Shown in pieces: positions 1 to 8,258 of a DNA stretch of 26,737 nucleotides; position 1 is the stretch's first letter, and every line of letters begins with the position of its first letter. The stretch is from NCBI GenBank assembly GCA_035623825.1, contig DASPSR010000067.1, positions 1 through 26,737 on the forward strand, in the 5' to 3' direction. The translations under genes and the position numbers were made by a program. Source of the stretch: Nitrospirota bacterium. Its GTDB lineage: Bacteria > Nitrospirota > UBA9217. The notes under the pieces are model-generated. The model ran no database searches. It was not told where the DNA came from and saw nothing but the letters and a program-made list of their open reading frames with translations.

Positions 1-89
1 GAAAAGACGCGCAATAGGCATCTCGGCACCGGGCACGCGAACGTGACGGCAGAACCGATAAGATGACCGGGACACAATGGATCCGCGAG

Positions 90-133
90 AGAGGTGATAT
101 GACTTCAGAAAAACATATCACCTCTTATTTTTT
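90..133 (+). terminator. Putative intrinsic terminator
   Basis: Perfect 12-bp inverted repeat AGAGGTGATATG (90-101) / CATATCACCTCT (114-125), followed by TATTTTTT. Confidence 0.55.
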
Positions 134-293
134 CCGCCGACTAACGATGCAAGACGAACATGGAATGTCAATTTCAAGGTCAGTTTTTCACGGTAGCTAT
201 AAGAATGGTCTTTATTATTATATCTGCAGGCAAATGGCTTTTTTGAAGAGAGAAAGCAAAATCTAACAACAAATGTCTGGCCTTATAAAGTCT

Positions 294-449
294 TCACTGT
301 CGGGAATCTGAGCAAGGTTCTCCTCTCTTGCATTGAGAAGACTTAGTCCCGCATAGAGGGTGCCAGTTCTTGAAGCCGTAATAGAACACCAGCGTCGCAT
401 AAAAGTAGATTGCCGCCGCTGCAGCTATGATGATTAGAATGATGGTCAC
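294..449 (-). CDS. Small single-TM membrane protein, 51 aa (not in ORF track)
   Basis: GGAGG 8 nt before GTG; translates to MTIILIIIAAAAAIYFYATLVFYYGFKNWHPLCGTKSSQCKRGEPCSDSRQ; upstream TTGACT-N16-TATCAT (510-483). Confidence 0.7.
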   Translation of the reverse strand: MTIILIIIAAAAAIYFYATLVFYYGFKNWHPLCGTKSSQCKRGEPCSDSRQ

Positions 450-714
450 AAACACCGCCTCCCCCTTAATGTATCTGATTATATGATATCGCTTGGACGG
501 AAGAAGTCAAGAAGGGAAAAGGCCTCAGGACTAAGTGCACCATCCGGTCACTTCTGATGCTGCATCCAGGTCTTATCATCTATTTTGAAGATCTGGTCTT
601 AATTGATCCGATCTAATCAAAAAAATCAACAATGTATTACCTGGACCAAAGACCCTCAAAATTGTCGCAACAGATCATGCAATACTAAGGATTAGGGATA
701 TGAATGGAGAAACT

Positions 715-861
715 TCAATCAGCTGCGTTTTTCCCGGCTAATAAATAAAATGTCCTATCGCTTTGTTCTTCTGCTTGCTGGGCAATCGCAAAGCAGGACA
801 TGAGAAGTATCGCGATAATACCGCCTACGAGAAACGCTGCTGCACACAGAATCCATGTCAT
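715..861 (-). CDS. Small membrane protein, 48 aa, DUF3789-like (not in ORF track)
   Basis: AAAGGAGG 7 nt before ATG; MTWILCAAAFLVGGIIAILLMSCFAIAQQAEEQSDRTFYLLAGKNAAD; the TM + LMSC..A..AE pattern recalls DUF3789 (from memory). Confidence 0.72.
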   Translation of the reverse strand: MTWILCAAAFLVGGIIAILLMSCFAIAQQAEEQSDRTFYLLAGKNAAD

Positions 862-922
862 GGCACAGCCTCCTTTGCTATCTCACATTGTTTAAATTTA
901 GGATACAATTTAATATTTTCGA

Positions 923-938
923 TGCAATACATTTGCCA
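923..938 (-). promoter_or_regulatory. Sigma-54 (-24/-12) promoter candidate for the 715-861 gene
   Basis: Minus strand TGGCAAATGTATTGCA: GG-N10-GC spacing matches TGGCAC-N5-TTGCW; about 60 nt upstream of the ATG. Confidence 0.6.
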
Positions 939-1147
939 CAAATAATTCCCTTTTAATTCAATTGGTTATTATTCTCAGTGTTTGTTTGTCTGTCAGGATT
1001 TTAACGCTATTCACGTATAAAATGACGCTGGTGTGATGAAACAAAATACCGGGCATTGCTCTCTTCGGCTTGGTCATGATGATGGACATAAGCCGCCAAA
1101 AGCCGGCACAGATGCGGGCATATTAGCGGCTTTGTCAGTTTCTCCTG

Positions 1148-1438
1148 TTACCAGAACAGGAATCTTTTCTTTTGTCCCGTTTCTTTTTTCTCGGTTTTTG
1201 CCACGCTCGTATTCTTCACTTTTTCACTGTTCGTCCTTTTGGTTCTGTCTACGCCCGAACCCCTGTCTTTTTTCTTATCGATCTTTTTCACCTGCTTCTT
1301 GGCCTTATCCTCTTTTTTCGTGGATGTCAGCATGTCCCGTTCCCACGGATTCAGGACTTTCTCTTCCTCAGCATACGCTATGCCGAGACTGAATGCAAAT
1401 ATAGATGAAACGAACAAGGCAATACATCTTTTCACCAT
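1148..1438 (-). CDS. Secreted Lys-rich hypothetical protein, 96 aa
   Basis: SD AAGGGG before ATG 1438; Sec signal MVKRCIALFVSSIFAFSLGIAYA|EEEK; low-complexity K/E-rich body ending KKRFLFW. Confidence 0.75.
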   Translation of the reverse strand: MVKRCIALFVSSIFAFSLGIAYAEEEKVLNPWERDMLTSTKKEDKAKKQVKKIDKKKDRGSGVDRTKRTNSEKVKNTSVAKTEKKETGQKKRFLFW

Positions 1439-1944
1439 GCTCACCCCTTTCGCAAGAGCCGGACCCGCCACCACGATTTTCTAATGCTTCAATAATGTAT
1501 CAAAATGATTTAGTACGTATCTTTGCGCAAGCATGCTACAAGTGTAGTATACGATCAGGATTGTTTCTGTGATAGTAATCACAGTTCTTTATGACAGGTT
1601 TTAACGCAAGAAATTCCGTAATGCGCTTTTAACTCTCTCAGGGATGATTTTGTTATTAAATAGATAGGGGCAACCTCGAAAGAGGGATGAAGGCGGGTCA
1701 TTGCTACGAAAAAACGAGAGATGACGATAGTAACGCTAAGTTCCTCATGTATTCGCGTTCGACGTGTCCTTCTGGATGCTCGGCGACGTTGATCTTCAAC
1801 CGGAAAACTCCCGCTACAGTATCGGATTCAGGGCCACACAGAGCCAAATGGAGAAGACTACGCTTTTTCAATTTCAGCTCATATTGCATGCGATTTCCAT
1901 TGCCCGGTCAACGAGAAGCGGCCATCATGCGATCCATGTTTGCT

Positions 1945-2094
1945 CTATCTACTTCCGATCCATCTATCGAAGAAGTACCAAAAAGCCACGAGTACCACAA
2001 TGAGGAAAACGATCTTCCCGATGTTCATGATGAGATGGCCCTCACCCTTTTCCTGCCCTTGCGCATCAGATTGCATACGGTTCCCTTGTGCCAT
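1945..2094 (-). CDS. Small membrane protein, 49 aa, C-terminal TM (not in ORF track)
   Basis: GAGAGGGG before ATG; MAQGNRMQSDAQGQEKGEGHLIMNIGKIVFLIVVLVAFWYFFDRWIGSR. Confidence 0.68.
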   Translation of the reverse strand: MAQGNRMQSDAQGQEKGEGHLIMNIGKIVFLIVVLVAFWYFFDRWIGSR

Positions 2095-2275
2095 AATCCC
2101 CTCTCGAAGTACGATCCATCATGTTAATTGCTTTCTCACTCCATCCAGGTCATGAGACGCCAAGAACCTCAAGGTCAGACGCGAGAAATGAGAAGAAGGC
2201 TAAGAGTGCACGCCTCTCAGCTGCCCCGGGAGTGTTCTATTCGAATCCCTCCCTCCCAGAAGAGGATCGGGGATA

Positions 2276-2671
2276 TCATGCAGCTGAGAATTTCTTGAAA
2301 AGCGTTTCTTCCTCTGTCCGTATCCTGTCTTTCAGCATCATATACAGCAGTTTGATCTCTCCCGCGAATACTTCCTCATCCCCGCCGTGAGCGTACTTAT
2401 CAAAAAGCTGCATGGCCTTTTTGCTGACATCTTCCATATCCCTGACGAAATAGTCCAGGATTATCTTCAGATCTTCATTGTTCTCTGCAGCTCTTCTGAG
2501 CTCGGGATAGTACTTCTCATCCTCTTTTCGAATATGGGCCGTCAAGAGGTCCCTCGCTGAAATGAGCTTTTCCCGCCCTGCTCGCGAAGTTATCCCCTGT
2601 ATCTTGGCCTGATCAAGAATATCAAGAATGTCCTTATGTTCGCTCTTTAGCTCTTCAAGAAGCTTTGACAT
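2276..2671 (-). CDS. Hemerythrin/HHE cation-binding domain protein
   Basis: All-helical 131 aa with LKSEH, HIRKEDEKYYP and RIRTEEETLF motifs. Confidence 0.85.
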   Translation of the reverse strand: MSKLLEELKSEHKDILDILDQAKIQGITSRAGREKLISARDLLTAHIRKEDEKYYPELRRAAENNEDLKIILDYFVRDMEDVSKKAMQLFDKYAHGGDEEVFAGEIKLLYMMLKDRIRTEEETLFKKFSAA

Positions 2672-2748
2672 GGTTCACATTCCTGACTCGGCCCTGTGTA
2701 CATGGATCAGGGCTAGCTCCGCGCGGCGCTTCAATCATGACATGTCCT

Positions 2749-3042
2749 CTACCGCAGCCGGGCGTTGCATTTCCCACAATGCTGTCTGTGGAGATCTCCG
2801 CCCAGATGCTTGCCGCAGTTTGGGCATCGCCAGTTATAGGCCGAAAAACCGATGAACGCGGCTATGCTGACGGCCTGCATCCCAAAAAGCGCATCTCTGG
2901 AGAACGCTCCCAGGAGGTCGGGGCGCTTGTGAAGCACTGCGCCCAGCAATACGATGAACATTGCCGCAGTGATGGCCACGATCTGCCGTTTCTGGCGCAT
3001 CCTGAACTCCTGCTTGATCTTTTCTGAGTCCTTCTTCTGCAT
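2749..3042 (-). CDS. Two-TM membrane protein with C-terminal Zn ribbon
   Basis: Two hydrophobic helices followed by WRCPNCGKHL...HCGKCNARL. Confidence 0.82.
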   Translation of the reverse strand: MQKKDSEKIKQEFRMRQKRQIVAITAAMFIVLLGAVLHKRPDLLGAFSRDALFGMQAVSIAAFIGFSAYNWRCPNCGKHLGGDLHRQHCGKCNARLR

Positions 3043-3225
3043 GTCTAAAAAGGTCTTTTATCGCATCAAGACGGGATTTTAAAAATAAGAATATGAATGC
3101 GTGGCAACCCGTCAGAATAACAATAGAATAGTACAGAAGGGATAAAAAAAAATCAAGCAAAGAAAACAAAGAGATAGTAAAGGAGATTGCAGGAATACAT
3201 GACTGGCGTAAAAACAAAAAAAATC

Positions 3226-3254
3226 TTGAAAAACTAAAATTATTGTGATATACT
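3226..3254 (+). promoter_or_regulatory. Sigma-70 promoter with extended -10
   Basis: TTGAAA-N17-TATACT, with TG at 3246-3247. Confidence 0.6.
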
Positions 3255-3260
3255 GTATCA

Positions 3261-3362
3261 TAAGGGCGGCGGCAAATCCAGGGAATGATCGCCATATGAT
3301 TTGCGGCGTAGCAAGTTATTTCGCAGTATGATGAAAGTCATAACCGTGAAGCGGTTTTTTTT
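3261..3362 (+). ncRNA. Candidate small RNA or attenuated leader, family unknown
   Basis: Begins about 7 nt after the -10; stems GCAAATC/GATTTGC, TATGAT-GAAA-GTCATA and AACCGT-GAA-GCGGTT; ends in T8. Confidence 0.35.
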
Positions 3363-3423
3363 ATAATGTGAAATGGCTTAAATAAGAATGTTCGATAGCG
3401 GTGCAAGGAGGAGATAAAACATT

Positions 3424-3696
3424 ATGAACAGGATGAAAAGCGGAATGACAAGTCTTCATGACAGGCCATCTCCAGTATATCAGGCGATGGATCTTACCGT
3501 TCTGAGACCGCGCTTGTGGATGGTCCTTTTGGTCCTTTTGGTCCTTTTTTTCCCTTTTTTCGTTATTTGTACCCATTATTTTGAGGCCTTGGAAAGAACG
3601 GGAACGATCGGGGCTCTCGTCGCCGACACCTTTTTCCAGCCAACAATCGTCGGGTATATCGTGATACTCTGGATGCTTAAAAAACGTAAAATTTAA
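3424..3696 (+). CDS. Hypothetical two-TM membrane protein, 90 aa
   Basis: Strong SD AAGGAGGAG; two hydrophobic segments and a basic C-terminus. Confidence 0.7.
   Translation: MNRMKSGMTSLHDRPSPVYQAMDLTVLRPRLWMVLLVLLVLFFPFFVICTHYFEALERTGTIGALVADTFFQPTIVGYIVILWMLKKRKI
3522..3548 (+). repeat. In-frame 9-bp tandem repeat (GGTCCTTTT)x3
   Basis: Seen directly; encodes VLL-VLL-VLF in the first TM helix. Confidence 0.85.
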
Positions 3697-3806
3697 CAAC
3701 AATTTCAGGTTGCGCAACCAAGGAGATCATACCCGAACTTTTTATCACTCATTCCCGCAAGATGAGGACTCCCTCAAATCGCAGTGCCGGGGATGTCACA
3801 GCAGCG

Positions 3807-4550
3807 TTAAAACAGTACCTGACAGGGGATTCCCTCCCTTTCAAACGCCACCCTTAGCTCCTCACCCTTTTCCAAAAAAAAGCTGTCTTCCCTGGCCCGC
3901 TGGAATCCGTATTTTTTGTATGCCCAGTCAGCGTAATGATAGTTCAGCTTGTCAATTAACACATGATCTACCTTGCCCTTCAGCGCGCTAACAAGGCGCT
4001 CGGCACCCGGCAGAATCGGCGCTATCATGCAAAAAGTCGTGATCCTTACCGAGCGAAGAGCCGCCAGTGCCTCGATCCTCTTGCTTGATGGTGGCGCTCC
4101 TGGTTCGAACAGCCTTCGTATCCTCTCATCCGCCGTGGTTATGGTGAATCCTACCTCGATATCGTCCGCTTTCTTCAGGGTCTCTATGTCCCTCAGGACG
4201 AGTGGGGATTTGGTCTGCACAGTGAAGGGCCAGCCGTTTTCCACGAGGATGTCAAGGCACCTCTTCGTGATCATGTATTTCCTTTCCAAGGGTTGATAAG
4301 GATCGCACACCCCGCTTATCCATACCCTCCCGGGCCTCTTCCTCTTTACCTCAGAGGCCAAAAGCTCAGAAGCGTTGATCTTAACATCTACGAAATCCCC
4401 CCATGCTTCCTGGTGGCCGGTAAACCGCTTCATGAACTTGGCATAGCAGTAGACGCAATTGTGCTGGCAGCCGACATACGGATTTAAAGCATAATCATAG
4501 ACCTGTGATTGTGACAGGATGCTCTTTGCCTTTATCTCCCTGATCTTCAT
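3807..4550 (-). CDS. Radical SAM protein, SplB/Rv2578c (DNA repair photolyase-like) family
   Basis: LNPYVGCQHNCVYCYA (CxxxCxxC), DPYQPLE, TKSPLVLRD. Confidence 0.92.
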   Translation of the reverse strand: MKIREIKAKSILSQSQVYDYALNPYVGCQHNCVYCYAKFMKRFTGHQEAWGDFVDVKINASELLASEVKRKRPGRVWISGVCDPYQPLERKYMITKRCLDILVENGWPFTVQTKSPLVLRDIETLKKADDIEVGFTITTADERIRRLFEPGAPPSSKRIEALAALRSVRITTFCMIAPILPGAERLVSALKGKVDHVLIDKLNYHYADWAYKKYGFQRAREDSFFLEKGEELRVAFEREGIPCQVLF

Positions 4551-4733
4551 CAGTTACATTTTATCACGGTCCGGAACATCTTGAGCCTCAGAGGACGACA
4601 TCGGCCCGGCATAGGATAATGCAGGAAGAATATTTCCTTCCTTCATGGTTCAGATAGGACATTGCGATTCGCAAGCGTGGGCGATGTTTAAGCACCCTTC
4701 AAGGATGGTAATTTCTGGTATTATGAAGTAAGA

Positions 4734-6119
4734 ATGGGAACGATATCGGTTATGAACGGCGGCAACGGCTGGACTGATCGGAGAAAGGATTACCGGGTCC
4801 GTAAGAGCCTCAGGTACTCAGTGTTTGATGGCGCCTTTGCGGCAGTTATGATCGGGTTAGGCGAGTCCTTCTTCGTGGCCTATTCCTTGTTCCTGAAGGC
4901 CACGACGTTGCAGGTGGGTCTTTTGAGCTCCCTGCCCCAGGGATTGGGGTCGCTCTTCCAGATATTCTCGAACCGCCTGATCCGCGCCTTCGGATCACGC
5001 AAGCGTCTCGTGGTTACCGCAGCCCTGCTTCAGGGACTGATGTACGTGCCCGTCGCAATGGTCTTTTTCCTCGGGGAGTTCCGGGTCCGGCATCTCATAC
5101 TCTTTGCCTGCCTCTACTGGACCTTCGGCATGATCCTCGGCCCCGCATGGAATAGTTGGATGGGCGACCTGGTGAGCGAGGACAGACGGGGCGCCTATTT
5201 CGGCCGGAGGAGCAAGATCACAGGCACTGCCACGTTCGCTGCAGTTCTTGCAGCCGGATATATCCTGCAGCAGTTCGCCGGCAGCGACCGGACTCAGTAC
5301 ATTGGGTTCCTCCTGATCTTCTTGCTAGCGCTCGCGAGCCGCGTGGTCTCGGTCATGTTTCTGTTGAAGCAGTACGAGCCTGTCTATGCTGTCCCGCGTG
5401 AAGCAGAGTTCGGTTTACTTGCCTTTCTTCAGCAGGCGATGTTCCGGAACTACGGACGGTTCGTGCTCTATCTGGCGCTGATGAACTTGGCCGTCTTCCT
5501 GTCGGCCCCCTTCTTTACGCCCTACATGCTACAGGACCTGCGCCTGAGCTATTTGACCTTTACCGTGGTCAATGCCGCGGCGATCATCGCGAAGGTACTA
5601 TCGATCCCTGTCTGGGGTCATGCAGCGGACCGCTTCGGTGCAAGGCGTGTGCTGAGCCTTGCGGGCTTTCTGATGCCTTTAGTGCCAATCCTGTGGCTCC
5701 TGTCGGGTGCGGTCCTGTGGCTCATAGCAATCCAAGTCTATTCGGGATTCGTCTGGGGCGGCTTTGAGATCGCATCGTTAAGCTTCATCTTCAACACTAC
5801 AACAGCCCAGAAACGCGCCACCTGCGTGGCCTACTACAACTTAATTAACGGCCTGTCCCTGGTCATCGGGGCTTTGCTCGGCAGCACCATTGTCAGGCTG
5901 AACACGGTGTTCTGGTCTAAATATCTGCTCGTTTTCCTCCTGAGCGGCCTGTTGCGGATCGCTGCATCAATCGTTTTTCTGCCGATGTTGCGAGAAGTGC
6001 GGGACGTGGAGACAATCGGCTATTCCCGGCTCTTTTTGAAAGTGGTCACGAGCATGCCGGCGGTGGGCCTCGTGTACGAGTTGATCCCCTTCCTACGGAA
6101 GAAGGAGCAGGAGGAATGA
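4734..6119 (+). CDS. MFS transporter
   Basis: About 12 TM segments; WGHAADRFGARR (MFS motif A-like) and SWMGDLVSEDRRGAYFGRR. Confidence 0.92.
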   Translation: MGTISVMNGGNGWTDRRKDYRVRKSLRYSVFDGAFAAVMIGLGESFFVAYSLFLKATTLQVGLLSSLPQGLGSLFQIFSNRLIRAFGSRKRLVVTAALLQGLMYVPVAMVFFLGEFRVRHLILFACLYWTFGMILGPAWNSWMGDLVSEDRRGAYFGRRSKITGTATFAAVLAAGYILQQFAGSDRTQYIGFLLIFLLALASRVVSVMFLLKQYEPVYAVPREAEFGLLAFLQQAMFRNYGRFVLYLALMNLAVFLSAPFFTPYMLQDLRLSYLTFTVVNAAAIIAKVLSIPVWGHAADRFGARRVLSLAGFLMPLVPILWLLSGAVLWLIAIQVYSGFVWGGFEIASLSFIFNTTTAQKRATCVAYYNLINGLSLVIGALLGSTIVRLNTVFWSKYLLVFLLSGLLRIAASIVFLPMLREVRDVETIGYSRLFLKVVTSMPAVGLVYELIPFLRKKEQEE

Positions 6120-6364
6120 GGCAGGACGCTCATAAGCATGCAACTCCTTTCACCATGCCGCGTCAGAACGCTGACATTGCCCAAGTTTCCACGTGTAAAT
6201 ATTATAAAGCTCTACTTTAATATATATTATATAACACTCAGTAATCTAACAGTTTTGTATATTAAATATGAACTTTAAATTCCACTCTGATCCCTTCCTC
6301 CCCTCACACATTTTTCTCACCTCTCTGCGATCTGATTTTCTAGGGCTGCTGAGATAGCAACAGG

Positions 6365-6373
6365 TGCTATAAT
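6365..6373 (+). promoter_or_regulatory. Extended -10 promoter for the YtxH gene
   Basis: TGCTATAAT, implying a 5' UTR of about 140 nt. Confidence 0.5.
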
Positions 6374-6522
6374 GTAATAAAGGATAGTAGTCAAGCGTTC
6401 TTCGCTATTCATCATCCGCTGCGACCCTAGCGGCGGATGCGAACCGAGCAATCTCAAGGCACATATTGCGGGAGGATTGGTAAATCCCCGCGGAATGCCG
6501 GGAGAAGAAAGGAGTGATGAAC

Positions 6523-7071
6523 ATGAAGGAGAAGCTCTTGGACAGAGAAGGTTCAATGATGATGCCTCTGCTAGTAGGCGGTTTCTTCGGTGCAGGCACA
6601 GCGCTCCTGTTCGCGCCGAAACCCGGGAAAAAGATCAGAAATGATCTGAAACGGGTGTCGATGATCACGCGGGACCAGGTCTCAGAAGCCGTAGACAGGG
6701 GTAAGGAACTTTTTGAAGAAAGCCGAACAGCGGTGTCCAATGCCGTAGAAGCCGGGAAGAAGACCTATTCAGAAGGGATAGGGAAATTCGAAAAGTTCAC
6801 AAAGAAAGGTGAACGCTCGATATGGCTGCCGATCCTGGCAGGCGGTATCATTGGAGCAGGAATGGCTCTCCTATTGGCACCGAAATCGGGAAAGGAAGTC
6901 AGGGAGGATCTGAAACGATTTGCCGCGACAGCAGGCGATCGCGCCTCAGAAGCCGTGGACAGGGGCAAAATTCTCTACAGAGAAGGCAGAACAGCCGTCA
7001 CCAATGCCTTGGAAGCGGGCAAGAAGATATACACCGAAGGAATTGAGAAGTTCCGGCAAACAGCAGCGTAA
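6523..7071 (+). CDS. YtxH-domain protein with two tandem YtxH units
   Basis: GG..GAG.ALL.APK.GK..R.DL motif occurs twice, 88 codons apart; SD AAGGAG 8 nt before ATG 6523 (alternative starts 6514/6517). Confidence 0.9.
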   Translation: MKEKLLDREGSMMMPLLVGGFFGAGTALLFAPKPGKKIRNDLKRVSMITRDQVSEAVDRGKELFEESRTAVSNAVEAGKKTYSEGIGKFEKFTKKGERSIWLPILAGGIIGAGMALLLAPKSGKEVREDLKRFAATAGDRASEAVDRGKILYREGRTAVTNALEAGKKIYTEGIEKFRQTAA

Positions 7072-7150
7072 ACTGCTCTCGCCCGACCCGTCATTGATTT
7101 CATAGCCATTTTTCCCTGCTTCTGATGTGGACGCAGAAAAAATTCTCATC

Positions 7151-7186
7151 AGGGCAGCGACCAATTCAGGTCTCTGCCCTTTTTTT
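7151..7186 (+). terminator. Intrinsic terminator after the YtxH gene
   Basis: AGGGCAGcGACC-aattca-GGTCtCTGCCCT followed by a T run. Confidence 0.8.
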
Positions 7187-7398
7187 GTTCTCAAGACCTT
7201 CCGATGTCCACTGCAAAGCTTTTGTTCGAACGGAAACTGACCGCCTCTGGGTTCAGGCTCTGTTTGAGAGCCGGTGATATTGCATCACCGTCCGTCGCGT
7301 CGCGACGGGATTGCCCAGACCGAAGAAACGCTTCCCGGTGCCTGCTTCATGGACCCCGTTACCGCGGGACCACCACACAGCCGGGCTCGTCCCTGGTA

Positions 7399-8157
7399 TC
7401 ACAACGGCTTGATGCCCCGCGTGACCTCGTTCCGTATAAACTGCCTAATGATCTCCTGGTTCTGCGACGATGTACGCACAAATTGGAGTCCCATCCCTGG
7501 TTCGTTGTACGGTCCTCCGCCTGTCCGGTAGCTGGACCTGACCACAGCATCAAGTGCAATGACCCGGTCGTTCAGGCTTATTTGGAGGGAGAGCCGCGTG
7601 TCGATCGGTGCGGGCCTTAGGGTCCGCAGGAACATTCCGTGCTCGGATAGCACGGAGACGCACGCACCCTCGAGTTCGACGAGCGGCATGTTGCTCACGG
7701 TCACGGGCAGGTTCGTCCGGATACGAATGCTCATTCGCGGCGTTGTCTCCACAGCCGCCTCGACGGCACGAAACAGCTGCTCGGCCAAGACCGGCTTCTC
7801 CAGACAGTCGGTCACCCCGGCTTCTCGGCAGCGCTTATCGCCGATCAGATCGCCCTGTGCCGTCAGTACGATGACGGGAACTGCGACAGTGCCGGGATTC
7901 TGGCCGAGCCGGCGCATGAACTCAAGGCCGTTCATGCCCTTTAGGTCGAGCGAGGTAATAACGAGGGCCGGCGCTGCGATCGAAACCATCGCCAGGGCTT
8001 CCTCAGCTGTCGCGGCCATGGAGATACGGTAATCGAACCTTTGAAGGAGCATGGAGGTATAGAAGAGATTGTTGGCGTCGCTGTCCACGACGAGTAAGTA
8101 ACGAACGTTTCGATCAAGCCCGCCGCCTGACGAGATGCTGTACATATTTCCGTCCAT
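7399..8157 (-). CDS. REC-PilZ protein, paralog 4 in transcription order; Ser at the phospho-Asp position
   Basis: SD GGAGG 9 nt before ATG 8157; REC LLVVDSD...LVITSLDL...VLTA...LEKP; PilZ RMSIR...VLSEHG...PGMGLQF. Confidence 0.9.
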   Translation of the reverse strand: MDGNMYSISSGGGLDRNVRYLLVVDSDANNLFYTSMLLQRFDYRISMAATAEEALAMVSIAAPALVITSLDLKGMNGLEFMRRLGQNPGTVAVPVIVLTAQGDLIGDKRCREAGVTDCLEKPVLAEQLFRAVEAAVETTPRMSIRIRTNLPVTVSNMPLVELEGACVSVLSEHGMFLRTLRPAPIDTRLSLQISLNDRVIALDAVVRSSYRTGGGPYNEPGMGLQFVRTSSQNQEIIRQFIRNEVTRGIKPL

Positions 8158-8258
8158 AGGTTCTGCCCTCCACGTGCTTAAAGTACAGGGCTCAAAGCGC
8201 ACAACAGGGGTCTCTCTGCGTCCGTCCCATGTGCTTCCACGCGAATATGAAAGCCTCG

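Noticed and set aside
1-66. Open frame ending at TGA 66 before the hairpin
   Set aside because: Could be the tail of an upstream gene, but 21 residues give no evidence
1665-1705. GGGGCAA-CCTC-GAAA-GAGG-GATG resembling the start of a c-di-GMP-I riboswitch
   Set aside because: The stem is too short, the GACGCAAAGC junction and second arm are missing, and no credible plus-strand gene follows; an Rfam c-di-GMP-I scan would settle it
1704-1889. 61-aa minus-strand ORF
   Set aside because: Weak SD and no recognisable motif; possible but unsupported
3195-3215. ATGACTGGCG resembling the ZTP riboswitch 5' motif
   Set aside because: The rest of the aptamer and the 3' CGCCTGGG element are absent
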